Below, piece after piece: positions 13,891 to 25,530 of a DNA stretch of 64,000 bases. The position numbers were made by a program, and so were the translations under genes. This stretch comes from Hemiscyllium ocellatum (taxonomy: Eukaryota). Each line of letters starts with the position of its first letter. Positions within the stretch are counted from its first letter, which is position 1. Under the pieces are notes generated by a model. It was given only the letters and a program-made list of their open reading frames with translations. It ran no database searches and was not told the DNA's origin. Where the stretch lies: NCBI RefSeq assembly GCF_020745735.1, contig NC_083449.1, positions 4,376,923-4,440,922 on the forward strand, given 5' to 3'.

Positions 13891-14225
13891 TGATCTTCAG
13901 AGAGTGCAGAGCAAGAAACACAAGCAAAAGCGAACATTCCTTAACTCCCATTTTGCTCCAACACAATGTAATTCTCCAGTAGTTCCGTCATTTCCAAGAG
14001 TAAAACACACTGCCTGTCAGATTGCAGTGCATTTTCTCACTGGACAACAAATGTGATGCCATTTTAAAATGGAAGAGAAAAGAAAACCATTATCTAAAGA
14101 AGCAGAGTACATTACAATTAGAAGCTCACGTCCTAGAGTGAGCTCGAAATTTGGTCCCTTCACAAAATTTCGATTAGTGGTTCCGATGATGTTGCAGATC
14201 CTGACTGATCCACATTGAGTCCCAA

Positions 14226-14331
14226 ACTAACCAATCAGAGAGAAGATAACATGCCTACAAAGTAGTCAATCTGGAGCCATGCTTTCCTCCATCCTTCATT
14301 AGCATGGCTGACGCCGTCAGTCTATAAAGAG
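14226..14331 (+). promoter_or_regulatory. Orphan histone H2B promoter (CCAAT, octamer ATTAGCAT, TATAAA) with no coding region
   Basis: ACTAACCAATCAGAGAGA...CCATCCTTCATTAGCAT..ACGCCGTCAGTCTATAAAGAG matches the reverse complement of the H2B promoter at 28757-28872. Confidence 0.8.
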
Positions 14332-14332
14332 T

Positions 14333-14582
14333 TAAAAATCACACAACACCAGGTTATAGTCCAACAGGTTTAATTGGAGGCACACTAGCTTTTGGAGCGA
14401 CACTCCTTCATCACGTTCTCCCGAGTCAGTACATTAATAGTGAACACGATCGTTCGAGAATATTTTAAAGTTACCCTCCCTATTGCTCCTTCATCAGGTG
14501 ATTGTGGAGGGCTCGATCGTAACACAGAATTTATAGCAAAAATTTGCAGTGTGATGTAACTGAAATCATACATTGAAAAAAA
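14333..14582. mobile_element. Penelope-type terminal repeat fragment with decayed hammerhead motif
   Basis: AAAAATCACACAACACCAGGTTATAGTCCAACAGG...CTAGCTTTTGGAGCGACACTCCTTCATCA; shorter copies near 19275, 24920 (inverted), 36750 and 59055. Confidence 0.6.
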
Positions 14583-14689
14583 TTTCAGCATCATCCTCCC
14601 AATCACTCATCTCCCTGGGTTAGTATCAACTGCAAATTCAGAAATTATATACTCAACACCCAACTCCGAATCATTTATATAACCAATGT

Positions 14690-15215
14690 AGTTATCAATG
14701 TCAGTTACTTCTGTATGCATGTAACTATCGATCTCTCCCTGTCAGTTTCCCCGATGTGAATGTGAGTGTATTTACCAGTCTGTTCCTGCTCTGTGAATTG
14801 AGACTGTCAATATTAATCTGTACTTGTCAATTTCTCCTATCAGTATGTGAATACAGTTACCAATCTATGCCCCTCAGTCTCTGCCTTGTCAATATGTGAA
14901 CTTAAATATCGATTTCTACCTGTCAGATCCAGTTTGATGAATGTGAACAATGCAGGTACTAATATGTACCTGTGAGACTCTGCTCTGTGAATTCTATTTC
15001 TGTCAGTTTTAGCTTCGTGAATGAGAGTGTAGTTGTTAATCTGTTCCTGACAGTTACTGCAATGCGAGTGTGAGACTTCAGTTGAGAGAAACTGACCGAT
15101 GGAGACTATTAGTCACAGATTTGCATCACAGTAACTGTATCATCATCATTTGTTTGTCTATTTCTGCAACATGAATGAGTGTGTAGTTATCAGCCTGCAC
15201 TTGTCAGTGACTGCT
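14690..15215 (-). repeat. ~47-bp minisatellite array, reverse orientation
   Basis: CCTGTCAGTTTC / GTTATCAAT / TGTGAATGTGAG repeats. Confidence 0.72.
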
Positions 15216-17454
15216 CTTGTGTATCAAAGTGGAAGCTAGTAATATTCTCTGTGTCTATGTGATACATTCTGTGATATTTGTTATGAGGGTGATGAGACTG
15301 GATCTTCATCTTTTCCACATTTTCTGATTTTTTTAGTTGACTGTCAGTCTGTCGGGGTGGATGGGGGAGAGAGGAGAAAGGGCGTTGGCAGAAAGGAAAC
15401 TGCTTTATTCTGAGAACCATTCTGAATTATGGTCACGTATTTCCTGTTTGGGTAGAGAGTCTGGGATCTGTGGTATCACTGAGACATTTAGTTTTAATTT
15501 GTACCCAGACATTGTTGGTGTTTATTTTGTGAAAGAGAGTTTTATTCTACATGTCAGTCCATTTGTGTCTGATATTTTCCATACCAATATGCAACATAAC
15601 AGCATGTCATCTCCTTTCTCGTCAAAATCAGAGTCACTGGTATGGTACAACTCAGAAGCAGACCATTCAGCCTATTGTGTCTGTACTGGGACATCCTGTT
15701 ATGCATCAGTTCTGCAGTAATTGTTGGGAATGTGAACTTCATCCACTCATTGTCAGTGTCTCTATGGAAAGGACAATTTGGCATCAGTTCTGCTGTCATC
15801 TGACTTTTAATAAGTATAGTGCTCGTTTTGATATGTTTCCCACAATCTCAATCACAGATCATTGGTCACATCTCATTTGTGTTCAGTTCTGAGCACTTTT
15901 TTTAAAGGGAGGATTCTCAATCTCTGGAGGGTTCATTGGAGAATTACTTGATCTCGTTCATTTATGTTCAGTTGTGGGTTTATGTCTGTGTAGCATAAAC
16001 TCTGAATAAACTCTTTTCAATGATGCTTAATTATATTGCATTTCAGTCTCAGATTATTGTTACATTGTGTGTGCATGTCTGTATAGTAGATTTTATCAAG
16101 CGCTGCTGGGCACTGCATATCCTCAGCTGTGATAAGTGATGTTGAGAGTCAATACATATCTGGAAATAATTCATACCTAATTTTATTATTTTCCTTTCAG
16201 CATTCAGTGGCTGAGTAGGAGTGAGTTTGCTCTTATGCTGCCACTCTGTAACTCAGTTCATGTCTCCTGTAGTGGATGGGGAAACAGCCAAAGTTCTTTA
16301 ATTGTTAGTGCCGGTAGGAATCACGTGTAAGTGAAAACGTAACTCACTCCAACAGAAAGGATTCTATGCTGTTCTTCAGAGTCAAGGTAGGATACACAAT
16401 GAACCTTTTGTATCTTGTATAATGCAGAATCTAATAGCAGTATTGGTATAAAATGTTAGTCTTCAGAATGCCATTAATTTTGTTTCAGTGCATATTGATG
16501 TACTTTTCTGAACACTGCTGAATCAAGTCAGTGTAAACTGAATCCATTTGCAACAAAGTGAAAGGGTGACAAACTATTCAACTGCATTGGAGCTGACTGA
16601 CCATAATGTTCCTTGTACAGAAAAGTCAATTGGCTAATTAATTTTTTCTGATGTAGACAGAACATTACCCTGCTCTGTAGTGTGATGATGTACCATTAAC
16701 AGTACTCTTGTGTTACTCTATAGTAGAAAGGAGGAAAGGAAAAGGATTTTTCTTTTGTCACGCAGTGCAGAATATGTAAACTGTCAAATTCAATTTATGG
16801 AAAAATCAACACTGTTCAACTCTGCTTGAAAATATAATGAGCAGCCTTACAAACCGACCAATTTTGGCTTTTTTTCCCCTTTCTCCACTGCTTTGAAGGG
16901 TGGTTATTAGATTCCATTGATGAATTGTGAAATTGCAGTCAGATTTCACGCTTTTATGTGATACTTCCTCGGGAAAGATAGGACGAATGCATAGCTCTTT
17001 GCAGATAATTGCAACTAATTTTGAAAGTAGTACACAATTATCTTTCAAAAAGTTTCTGGTTGGACTGAAACAGACAAAACAAAGTCTTCTACTGCAATAT
17101 GAAGAAATGGTGAATGATGTTGTGACAAAGATGGGGCGGTAGCTCCTCTGCTACCACGATACATTTATGCAAATTGATGCTGGCTGATCATGATGAAAAT
17201 TGTTAGCTGGTTGTTTCTGATCAGCGTAGACTCTAAAGTTTTGAAGGGTCTGATTCTGTGCTGTCGGCCTCTCTCTCTCTCTCTGACAAAGGATCTGTGG
17301 GTAGAAATAATTTTGAATGTAACATTTTCTGTTACTTGCAATGTCAATGGAACTGCAAGGCAGTTAGACATTGGAAAGTATGTCAGGATGGTGTATGTTT
17401 TTGAAACTCACTAAGTCAGAGAGAGAGAGTCATTCCTTGAAGTCACAGTAGAGC

Positions 17455-17882
17455 AAACAGCCAATGGGGAGCTACAAACCAGCATCTACAGAAAAACACG
17501 TACAGACCAAATATTGAACTACAGAAGCAATCATCCCAACACCCACAAACGAAGCTGCATCAGAACATTGTTTCAATGAGCCAACACACACTGCAGCACA
17601 GAGGAACTATGCAGAGCGGAGGAAAATCACTGATACAGTGTGTTCAAAACGAATGGGTACCCATTGAACACAGTCCGCCAATTTCTCAGCAACTAACCCA
17701 AACAAACAGACAAAACACGTCCAGAAACCCCACCCACTGTCTCCTACATCAAAGGTATCTCAGAAATTACTGCCAGACTAGGCAGACTCCTTGGCATCAT
17801 GATAGCCCATAAACCCAACACATAGTAAAACAGCAGCTAATGAAGTTGAAAGACCTTATACAGATAACAAGCAAAACTGATA
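17455..17882 (+). mobile_element. Penelope-like RT C-terminal fragment
   Basis: Conceptual translation (with frameshifts) ELQTSIYRK..TDQILNYRSNHPNTHKRSCIRTLF..GYP. Confidence 0.75.
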
Positions 17883-18320
17883 CTGTTGGAATATCGCTGC
17901 AATTCTGGTCTCCTTCCTATCAGAAAGATGTTGTGAACCTTGAAAGGGTTCAGGAAAGATTTACAAAGATGTTGCCATGGTTCGAGGATTTGAGCTATGG
18001 GGACAGGCTTAACAGGCTGGGTCTGTTTTCCCTGGAGCGTCAGAGGCTGAGGGGTGACCTTATAGAGGTTTACAAATTTATAAGGAGCATGGATAAGGTA
18101 AATAGGCAAAGTCTTTTCCCTGCGGTTACGGACTCCAGAACTAGAGGGCATAGGTTTAGGGTGAAAGGGGAAAGATATAAGAGACTTAAGGGGCAACTTT
18201 TTCATGCAGAGGGTGGTACGAGTATGAAATGAGCTGACAGAAAGTGGTGAAGGCTGGTACAATTGCAACATTTAAGAGGCATTTGGACAGGTATATGAAT
18301 AGGAAGGGTTTGGAGGGACA
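17883..18320 (+). mobile_element. CR1 3' fragment
   Basis: QFWSPSYQKDVVNLERVQERFTKML...RRLRGDLIEVYK-like. Confidence 0.88.
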
Positions 18321-18325
18321 TGATG

Positions 18326-18585
18326 AGATTAGATTAGATTACTTAGTGTGGAAACAGGCCCTTTGGCCCAACAAGTCCACACCGACCCGCCGAAGCGCAA
18401 CCCACCCATACCCCTACATTTATCCCTTACCTAACACTACGGGCAATTTAGCATGGCCAATTCACCTGACCCGCACATCTTTGGACTGTGGGAGGAAACC
18501 GGAACACCCGGAGGAAACCCACGCAGACACGGGGAGAACGTGCAAACTCCACACAGTCAGTCGCCTGAGTCAGGAATTGAACCCT
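18326..18585 (-). mobile_element. HE1-type SINE
   Basis: (AGATT)n tail and the reverse complement of the SINE core, close to the copy at 6012. Confidence 0.9.
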
Positions 18586-18712
18586 ACTTCCTTGGTGGTG
18601 TTTGACTCTTGGTTTGAATATATCTCTCTGGAAATAGAGCTCAGTGTGAGTCTGACTCAATCCACTATGTGACTGGAAAGGATGTTCTTCACTCTTGATA
18701 GCAGTAACAAAC

Positions 18713-18820
18713 CTGCTGTTTATTCGAAGCAGCTGGTCACACTTGGTTCTGTACCGAGGGAATATTACATTGTCTTGGTCCTTTGAGTACTTGCCTGGAG
18801 GAAGACAGAGGAGATACCTC
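18713..18820 (-). other. 108-nt exon-like module, distal type
   Basis: ttgatttcCAG acceptor; donor CAG|GTTTGT (weakened). Confidence 0.5.
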
Positions 18821-18892
18821 CTGGAAATCAACATCAGTTGTGATTGGCAACATCAATGGAACATTCAGTTAGAGATCATTGATTTTTTTTGT

Positions 18893-18961
18893 TCAACGCC
18901 AGCAATTTAAACAGAACCACGGGTCTGATTCCACTCCTGCTCTGAGCTGCTCCTTGTCCAT
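18893..18961 (-). CDS. Candidate 22-aa small ORF MDKEQLRAGVESDPWFCLNCWR
   Basis: AAAATGG start context, open to TGA; paralogs differ mostly by synonymous changes. Confidence 0.35.
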   Translation of the reverse strand: MDKEQLRAGVESDPWFCLNCWR

Positions 18962-19371
18962 TTTTTTCTTAAAATTCTAAAACCCATTGAGTGAGATTCA
19001 GAAACTAAACAACACCCACACAGCTCCATGAATGGGGCCACCTGATGCAAGCAAGTATGTGGATATGTGAGTTTAGTTATTGATCTATACCTGTCTGTTC
19101 CTGCTAGGTTGCGAATTCCAGATACCCACCAATCTCTGCATGAACAACATTTTTCCTCATTTATCATCCAATCCTATAGCCACTTAGCTTGAATCTGTGA
19201 CCCCTGGTTTTTGAACTCTCTGCCAAAGAAAATAGGTTCTTATCTATTCTAATGTCTACCTCTCAATAATTAGTTAAAAATCACTCAACAGCAGGTTATA
19301 GTTCAACAGGTTATTTGGAAGTGCATGCTTTCAGAGTGCTCCTTCTTCATCAGCTAGCTCACTATTTAGTA

Positions 19372-19607
19372 CTGTAGACCCCCCCCCCCCCCCACCCCGT
19401 CCCAATGGGGGATACATTCCAGGACCTATGGAGGAAACCCAAATCTGTAGATAGGTGTGAACCCATTAATTTAAATGGAAATATACGTTCCCGGCAACCT
19501 CCTCGTCCCTTGATCTGAAACATTCCCTTTTATATGCTCGGACGACAGTAAACCGCAGGTCAGTGAAACTGGGATAATCGGACCTAGGGATATGGGGGGT
19601 CACCCTG
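19372..19607. mobile_element. Tigger/pogo-like non-autonomous DNA transposon (MITE)
   Basis: Flanked by TA on both sides; ends CTGTAGACCCCC...GGGGGATACATTCCAGGACC and GGATATGGGGGGTCACCCTG resemble Tigger/MER2-type termini. Confidence 0.6.
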
Positions 19608-19609
19608 TA

Positions 19610-20324
19610 TTCCTTAATCATGGCACCTCTGTTCCAAGGAACACAACCCCAACCTCTCCTGATAGCCACAATTCACCAGCCCTGGCAACATTCTAGTAAA
19701 TCTCCTCTGTACTCTCTCCAGAGCAATGACGTCCTTGCTATGATGTGGTGACCCAGCTGCACACAATACTCCTGCTGTAGCCACCAGTTCCTCATACATT
19801 TTCATTGTTATTTCCCTACATTTCTGTTCCATCCCTCTGCCAATCAAGGAGAGAATTCCATGTGCCTTCCATTCGACCCGACCCACTTTAGGAACCTGTG
19901 CACTTGCACACCAAGGTCTCTCACTTAACCTGTCCCCTCAGTATATTCCCATTTATTGTCTGACTTCCAAATTGCATTCCCTGATACTTATCAGAGCTGA
20001 ATGCCATCTGCCACTTTCCTGCCCACTCCACCAAACCAACTATATAGGTTTGGAGTTTACAGCTATCCTCTATATGCCATTTTTTGTGTTGTCTGCAAAT
20101 TTCACATATCTGCCCACCATATACAACTCCAAATCATTAATGTATAAAACAAATGGCAGTGGTTCCAACACTGAGCCATGCAGACTACTGCTTGTAACAG
20201 CTTTCCATTCACAATGGCCACCATTGACCATTATCCTTTCTTTCCTGTGACTGAGCCAACTCTGGATCCAATTCAACACATTACCCTGTATCCCATGGTC
20301 TTTTGCTTCTTGGACCAGTCTGCT
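19610..20324 (-). mobile_element. Old CR1 RT fragment
   Basis: ORFs with SVLEPLPFVLYINDL, KFADNTK and LERVQRRFTRMLPG. Confidence 0.8.
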
Positions 20325-22785
20325 GTTATGATGCTGCTCCTTTAACAAGCTTATAAAAGACACCGGCTCCAAAAAGACTGAGTCAATGGGTTTTAGGGCT
20401 ATTTTGACTTTAGCTGACAGGTAAAGCCTCAGGCAAAAAGCTTCCACATTTTTAATAAGTGGCTCAGTTTTCCCAGCTCAGCTTTTCTCTGGTTTGATTT
20501 GGTTTTTGGCTGTCTGCTATTGACTGAAAGCAGTCAGGCAGTTGAAAAAGCTGCGGAACCCAAAGAAGCAGGTCCATGATGGTACTCTATCTCTCTCTCT
20601 GACATCTCTCTTGTAAGACCCTGTGTTTGATTTTAACTTTTTTGTGCCAAGGGGTGCTTATTGGGATTGTTTTAAATTTTGGAAACACCATCATTAATTA
20701 AGTTGGTATAATCAGTTGGGTTTTGGATTTGTTAAGTAATTCAATATTCTGTTCTCTTTTGGTAATTTTTGAAATCAATACTGTTTTGTTTAAAACTACG
20801 TTGTTTGACCAGCTGCATCCCTCCTGGAATATCTTCATTACACCGGCTTAAAACAACTAGCAAAGTCAAGGTCTGGGTTACTTTCTTGAAAGGGGGTCTG
20901 GCCTTTTCCATAACGGATTGGGGGCTGTTTGCAGAGTTTTATTCTGTAGTGTAGTTCTGATTTGGGATTCAGGTTGTTGAACTTGAAGATAGCGAGTGCC
21001 AAATCTTAGTGTCTTATTCTGGGTGTTAAATTTAATTGGTTTTAACGGTGCTCGGAAAAAGTGAGGACTGCGGATGCTGGAGATCGGTGACAAGAATGTG
21101 GTGCTGAAAAAGCACAGCAGGTCAGGCAGCATCTGAGGAGTAGGAGAATCAATGTTTTTGGGCATCAGGCCTTCATCAGGAAATAGTGCTAGGGATAGAA
21201 ATGGCTCTGAGTCATCAAGAGTTTTCTGTGGGGTGGAAGAAGTGACTTCAGATTTTTGCAAAAAAGTGATTAAGGCCAAGTTGCTGGAATTAGCCGACAA
21301 GCTGGGGCTCAACCGGCCTCCATCCACAAGGAAAAGGGCGATAATGACAGTAATAGCTCAACAGATAATGGCTGGAAATGCCATCAGAATCTTTAGAGTG
21401 GCTAACATTCAATTGAAAATGAAGCAACTTGAGTTAGAAGCAAAAATCAAGGAAAGGGCAACAGAAACGAAACAGTTTGAATACCAATTAAAAGCAGAAG
21501 GGAGGGAGGAGAGAGAAAAGGAAGAAAGAGGGAGTTTGAACATCAGAAATTGGCACTTAGACAGGAGTTCAAAAGTTTGCTTCCTGAATTAATGAGAACT
21601 CATGTGGAAGGGCAGAGTGTTGAAACAGCAAGACTGGCATCAGAAATGGCTGATGATTGAGTTGATCGATAAATCAAAATTAGGCTGCCAAAATCAATTT
21701 CACTCTGAGGGATAATAATTGTGGATAAGAGAAATTCTCACGTGGAAAGTAAAAAGTAGATCTCTGTGAAGATCATAAGGAAAGAGAAGTGAAAAAGCTC
21801 TGATGTTTTCAATAAAGTAGGCCACGTGAAATCAGTGTTGGTGGGTTAGGAAATGCACTGAGAAGCCAGATGTAGGAAAACAGGATAAACCAGTGAATTT
21901 TGTTGGAGTGGTAACAGAGAGCACTGTGGAGACTAGAAAGCTGTACCAAGATGTACAAGCTGGTCAGAGGTTGCTTATAGAGGAAGTGCCAGATCTTCTT
22001 AAACCATACACCATGAAGCTAAAGTTTACTCACATGGGTCAGAAGCAGCAGGTAAAGAGGTAACAATACTAAGAGATAGAAGGATCCTCTCAATCTGTGA
22101 TGCTAAAAGATGTGGATATATGTACCTCTGAAGGACTATTGCCAGAAAAGGTATGAGTAACAGGAATTCACATAGAGACAAGAAATACACAATTGTTAGA
22201 TGTGAGGTTAGAGTGCCTAGTGAAGAGGGGGAAAGTCATAGTCGGTGTACTAGACAAACGCTTAGCTCCAGGAATACAATTTGTTGTTGGTAGTGATGTT
22301 GCTGATTCACCGGTAGGAGTGCTGCCGACTGTGGCTGAAAAGCCAATGGAAATTCAGGCAACTGAACTATTGCAGGATGTTTCCTGACTGTGTGGTTACG
22401 AGGTCACAATGGCACCGGTTGAAACAGAAAAGATCAAAGAATACAGATAAGGAAGTTGAAGGGAAATTAGCAGATTAGCAAATTAGTTTGATCAGATGGC
22501 TGAGACAAACCAGGAACAGAGATGACAAAGCAGACATCTTTAGCTCAGGTAAATTAACTGAGTTACAGCAAAAAGACCAAAATTTAAAGCAATTGTATCA
22601 AAAGGCATACACAAAATGAATCCAAATGTATCCCTGAATGTTATTATCTTTAAAAATGATGTCTTAAATGAGGAAATGGAGAACATCACATTCAGGCAGA
22701 TGAGAAATGGGCAGAAGTTTATCAAGTTGTATTGCCAATGGGTTATAGATAGGACAAATTGCAAGTAGCACATGAGGTACCTGCA
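20325..22785 (+). mobile_element. Decayed Gmr1-like Ty3/Gypsy element (5' LTR about 20325-20915, tRNA-Pro-type PBS, gag/protease remnants)
   Basis: LTR starts TGTTATG, followed by TTGGGGGCT PBS-like sequence; gag KAKLLELADKLGL; homologous to 37373-39810. Confidence 0.72.
21053..21182. mobile_element. Penelope-type terminal repeat (pLTR-like) inserted in the Gypsy element
   Basis: AAAGTGAGGACTGCGGATGCTGGAGATC...GGCATCAGGCCTTCATCAGG; absent from the paralogs at 38150 and 60460. Confidence 0.65.
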
Positions 22786-24581
22786 TAGATTGTGTGTTTG
22801 AAATTCACATTATTTAATTGTCATCTCTGTATGTGACAACTATTCAGTAAAGGATTAATTCTGTCCTTCTCAGTCACACACAAACTCAGTGGAAATATGA
22901 TTCATCCCGGTTGGAGAATTTGAGCTATTGCAGAGGCTGAATAGGCTGGAACTGTTTTACCTGGAGAGTGACCTTATAGAAGTTTATAAAATCATAAGGC
23001 ACACGGAGAAGTGGAGGAACCTGGTAAAATTACAACATTTAAAAGGCATCTGAGTGGGTATAATAAGAAAGTCTTGAAACTTGCCCTTAAATACTTAGAT
23101 TAAATGTAATGTTGAATTATAGAACACAAGAGAATAAACAGGACAGGCAGGGAGGCATCAGGCCACAAAAGGGGAACCTAGAATGTACAGAAGTTTTAAA
23201 AAAAATCTGTTCTCACCAAGTGAGAACAGGATGCTCTCAAGCAATTAAGAACATTTGCCTTAACATCAATGAATCTGTGTAAAAAGGATATAGAGTGATA
23301 ACATTCACGGATGTTAGCTTTTGAAATTAATGACAATGTTTGATCGTGATCTCGGAAACTCGGTGTCGTCTCAGAAGCATGCCAAAAGCCTTGTAATAAA
23401 CAGTCAGGTCCTGTCAATTATAACGGATTCTTATTGTGTGAGAGAGAGTGAGTGAGATGAAGCCATCACTGATTATGAAATGCAGACTCTAAAATGTAAC
23501 CTTTCAGCCTCAGGTACAGAATGATTTTATGTTTAAGATAAAAAGCAGGAGTCTGCTCCTAGATTAAAAATTATTCTAAACTGATCATTGAAGAGATTCT
23601 GACACAATCTGTCAGGAAGCCATTTTATGGTCAAAGCTTGCCCTCCTCACTAAGATGCCATTTTGTAAAACAATGATATCTGACATGCAAGCTGTGCAAG
23701 GTTACCTTATGCCCTCTCCCACTTAGTTTAGACAGGGACTTACCTCACCAACAGGTACTGACTGGGCTGGATTTGTTTTCCCACCTGATGGATGGCTAAG
23801 GGCCTACAGGAGTGATCAGTAAAGCGCACAGACCTGTTAATTAACTTCTCTTCCTTACAAATTATTGCCTTTCCACTGTCTGTCTAATTAAGAACATGCA
23901 GCGTTTATTGTAAAATTTTGTAAAAAGGAAGCCTATTTGAGACAGAAGAGTGGAGTAGTGTGCGAGGGCTCTTAAAGGAAGAGCTGGTATCCTACATTTC
24001 TAAGGTTTTAGGTGTCAATGTTACGTTGTAACAGTGATGCTATTGATAAATAAAGAGCAAGGCTAAAATTGAGCTAAACTGTTTGTAAGAGGTTTTTATT
24101 CCAGACTACCAAACAGTACGATTTTCAGAACGAACCAGGATCTCCAGGACAAGGCTTATAGGTCTGAGTCCACAAGTGATTCCCAGGGCCATCTCAAATC
24201 TGTACTTTAACAATATGAATAGGAACGGTTTAGACGGAGATGGGGAAGTGCTGGCAAATGGGACCAGATTAGGTTAGGATATCTGGACAAGTTGGACCGA
24301 AGGGTCTGTTTGCATGCTCTCTGTCTCTGTGACTCAACGACTCTTCAGTAACTCTTGCCTTGTCGGTGAGCAGTTTCCCTCCATCTCTGTACTTAAGCCC
24401 TATTTCACAGATGGTCATTGAAATGATGCAACAATGTTGCCTATTTGACTATCTTCATTGTAACTTTGAAAATGCTCTTAATAACTGCAGATTTTAATGC
24501 TATTCCTGAACGTCTATTTTAGATGAGAACTCAGTATATCTACCTCCAACACTGGTGTGTAAACATCAATGGGCTACATAC

Positions 24582-24688
24582 CTTCCGTTTGTTAGAGACA
24601 GCTGGTTACTCTGTGATTTGAACTGAGGAAGTTTTACAGCGTCTTAGTCTCTCAGGTGTTTTTCTGAAGGAAGACACAGGGACACCAC
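24582..24688 (-). other. 107-nt exon-like module, proximal type
   Basis: ttgatttgTAG acceptor and AAG|GTATGT donor. Confidence 0.55.
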
Positions 24689-25220
24689 CTACAAATCAAC
24701 AAGAGGCTAGTCTGGCAATATTGAACTGATCATTGTCACATTTATTGCATATTAAGTATGATGGTTTTTTTTATTAAACCAACAACTTTACCAGAACCAC
24801 GGATCTGATTCCATTGTTGCCCTAAGCTGCTCTCTGTCTGGGAATTGTTTGTTTTTCTTGTGATTCGATACCAGTTGATTTGGAGATGCTAGTGCATAAT
24901 GTTACACATCAAGTGCTTCAAAAAAACCTGTTGGACTATAACCTGGTGTTGGGATTTTTAACTTGATATCAGTTGAGTGAGATCCAGAAACTGAGCAACA
25001 ACTACCCAGCACCATGAATGGGAATACTCAACCACCAGCACGCTTACACAGTTCAATATCCAACTCCCTGTTCGAAAGAGGAAAAACGGCGCTAATTGTA
25101 ATGTTTTTACAAGACTATCATATGCCTTCAGTTGGTCCACCTAAATTCAAGAAAGAGCGGAAAACACATTGAAATTAAAACAGGGTTCGTTCAGAGGATT
25201 GGAAACCGCATGAATCTCCC

Positions 25221-25530
25221 TCAGTAGGCCCACACACAGCCCGAGAAAGGCCTCTCTCTTCCCCCCAGCCCGCTCACTCCAAGTTCCGGGACCAGTTCCT
25301 GCTCCGCTCGGCCTCTTACAAACAGCCCCCGGTTCTCCCTGAAGTCACCCCGAATCAATCCCGGTCTCGGAGCCCCCTCTGTGTCCCAGGCTCCCATCCC
25401 GATGTGCTGCTGGAAGGAGGCTGCTGTTCCCTCGCTTCCCTGGGCGCTGATCTCTCCATTGCGGTCTGTTTCAAACAAACCTCTTGCACTCACTGAGTAA
25501 ATGCTCCTCAATGGCAGCGCTGGGGGAGGG
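25221..25530 (-). other. Putative first exon (donor TCA|GTGAGT, GTGAGT at 25488-25493) and GC-rich intron start of a gene divergent to H4
   Basis: Consensus donor just downstream of the NRF1 motif; the block is conserved in four copies. Confidence 0.5.

Noticed and set aside
17183-17225. Box C (ATGATGA) and box D (CTGA) inside a GCTGATCA/TGATCAGC inverted repeat
   Set aside because: Only 43 nt overall with about 20 nt between the boxes, too short for a C/D snoRNA; no recognisable rRNA guide.
15200-17430. Possible protein-coding exons in unique sequence (acceptor at 16200; ORFs 15337..15720 and 16927..17142)
   Set aside because: No recognisable domain or consistent exon chain could be established by eye.
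18713-18820. CLPPGKY...TKC resemblance to a TNF-receptor cysteine-rich repeat
   Set aside because: Cysteine spacing does not fit, and this frame has a stop in the proximal-type copies and a frameshift in the 3.1 kb copy.
25221-25511. 96-aa ORF 'SVSARGLFETDRNGE...' repeated in four copies
   Set aside because: Non-ATG start, the frame is broken in the 2.3 kb and 63.5 kb copies, and it spans a consensus splice donor; better explained as GC-rich intron or promoter sequence.
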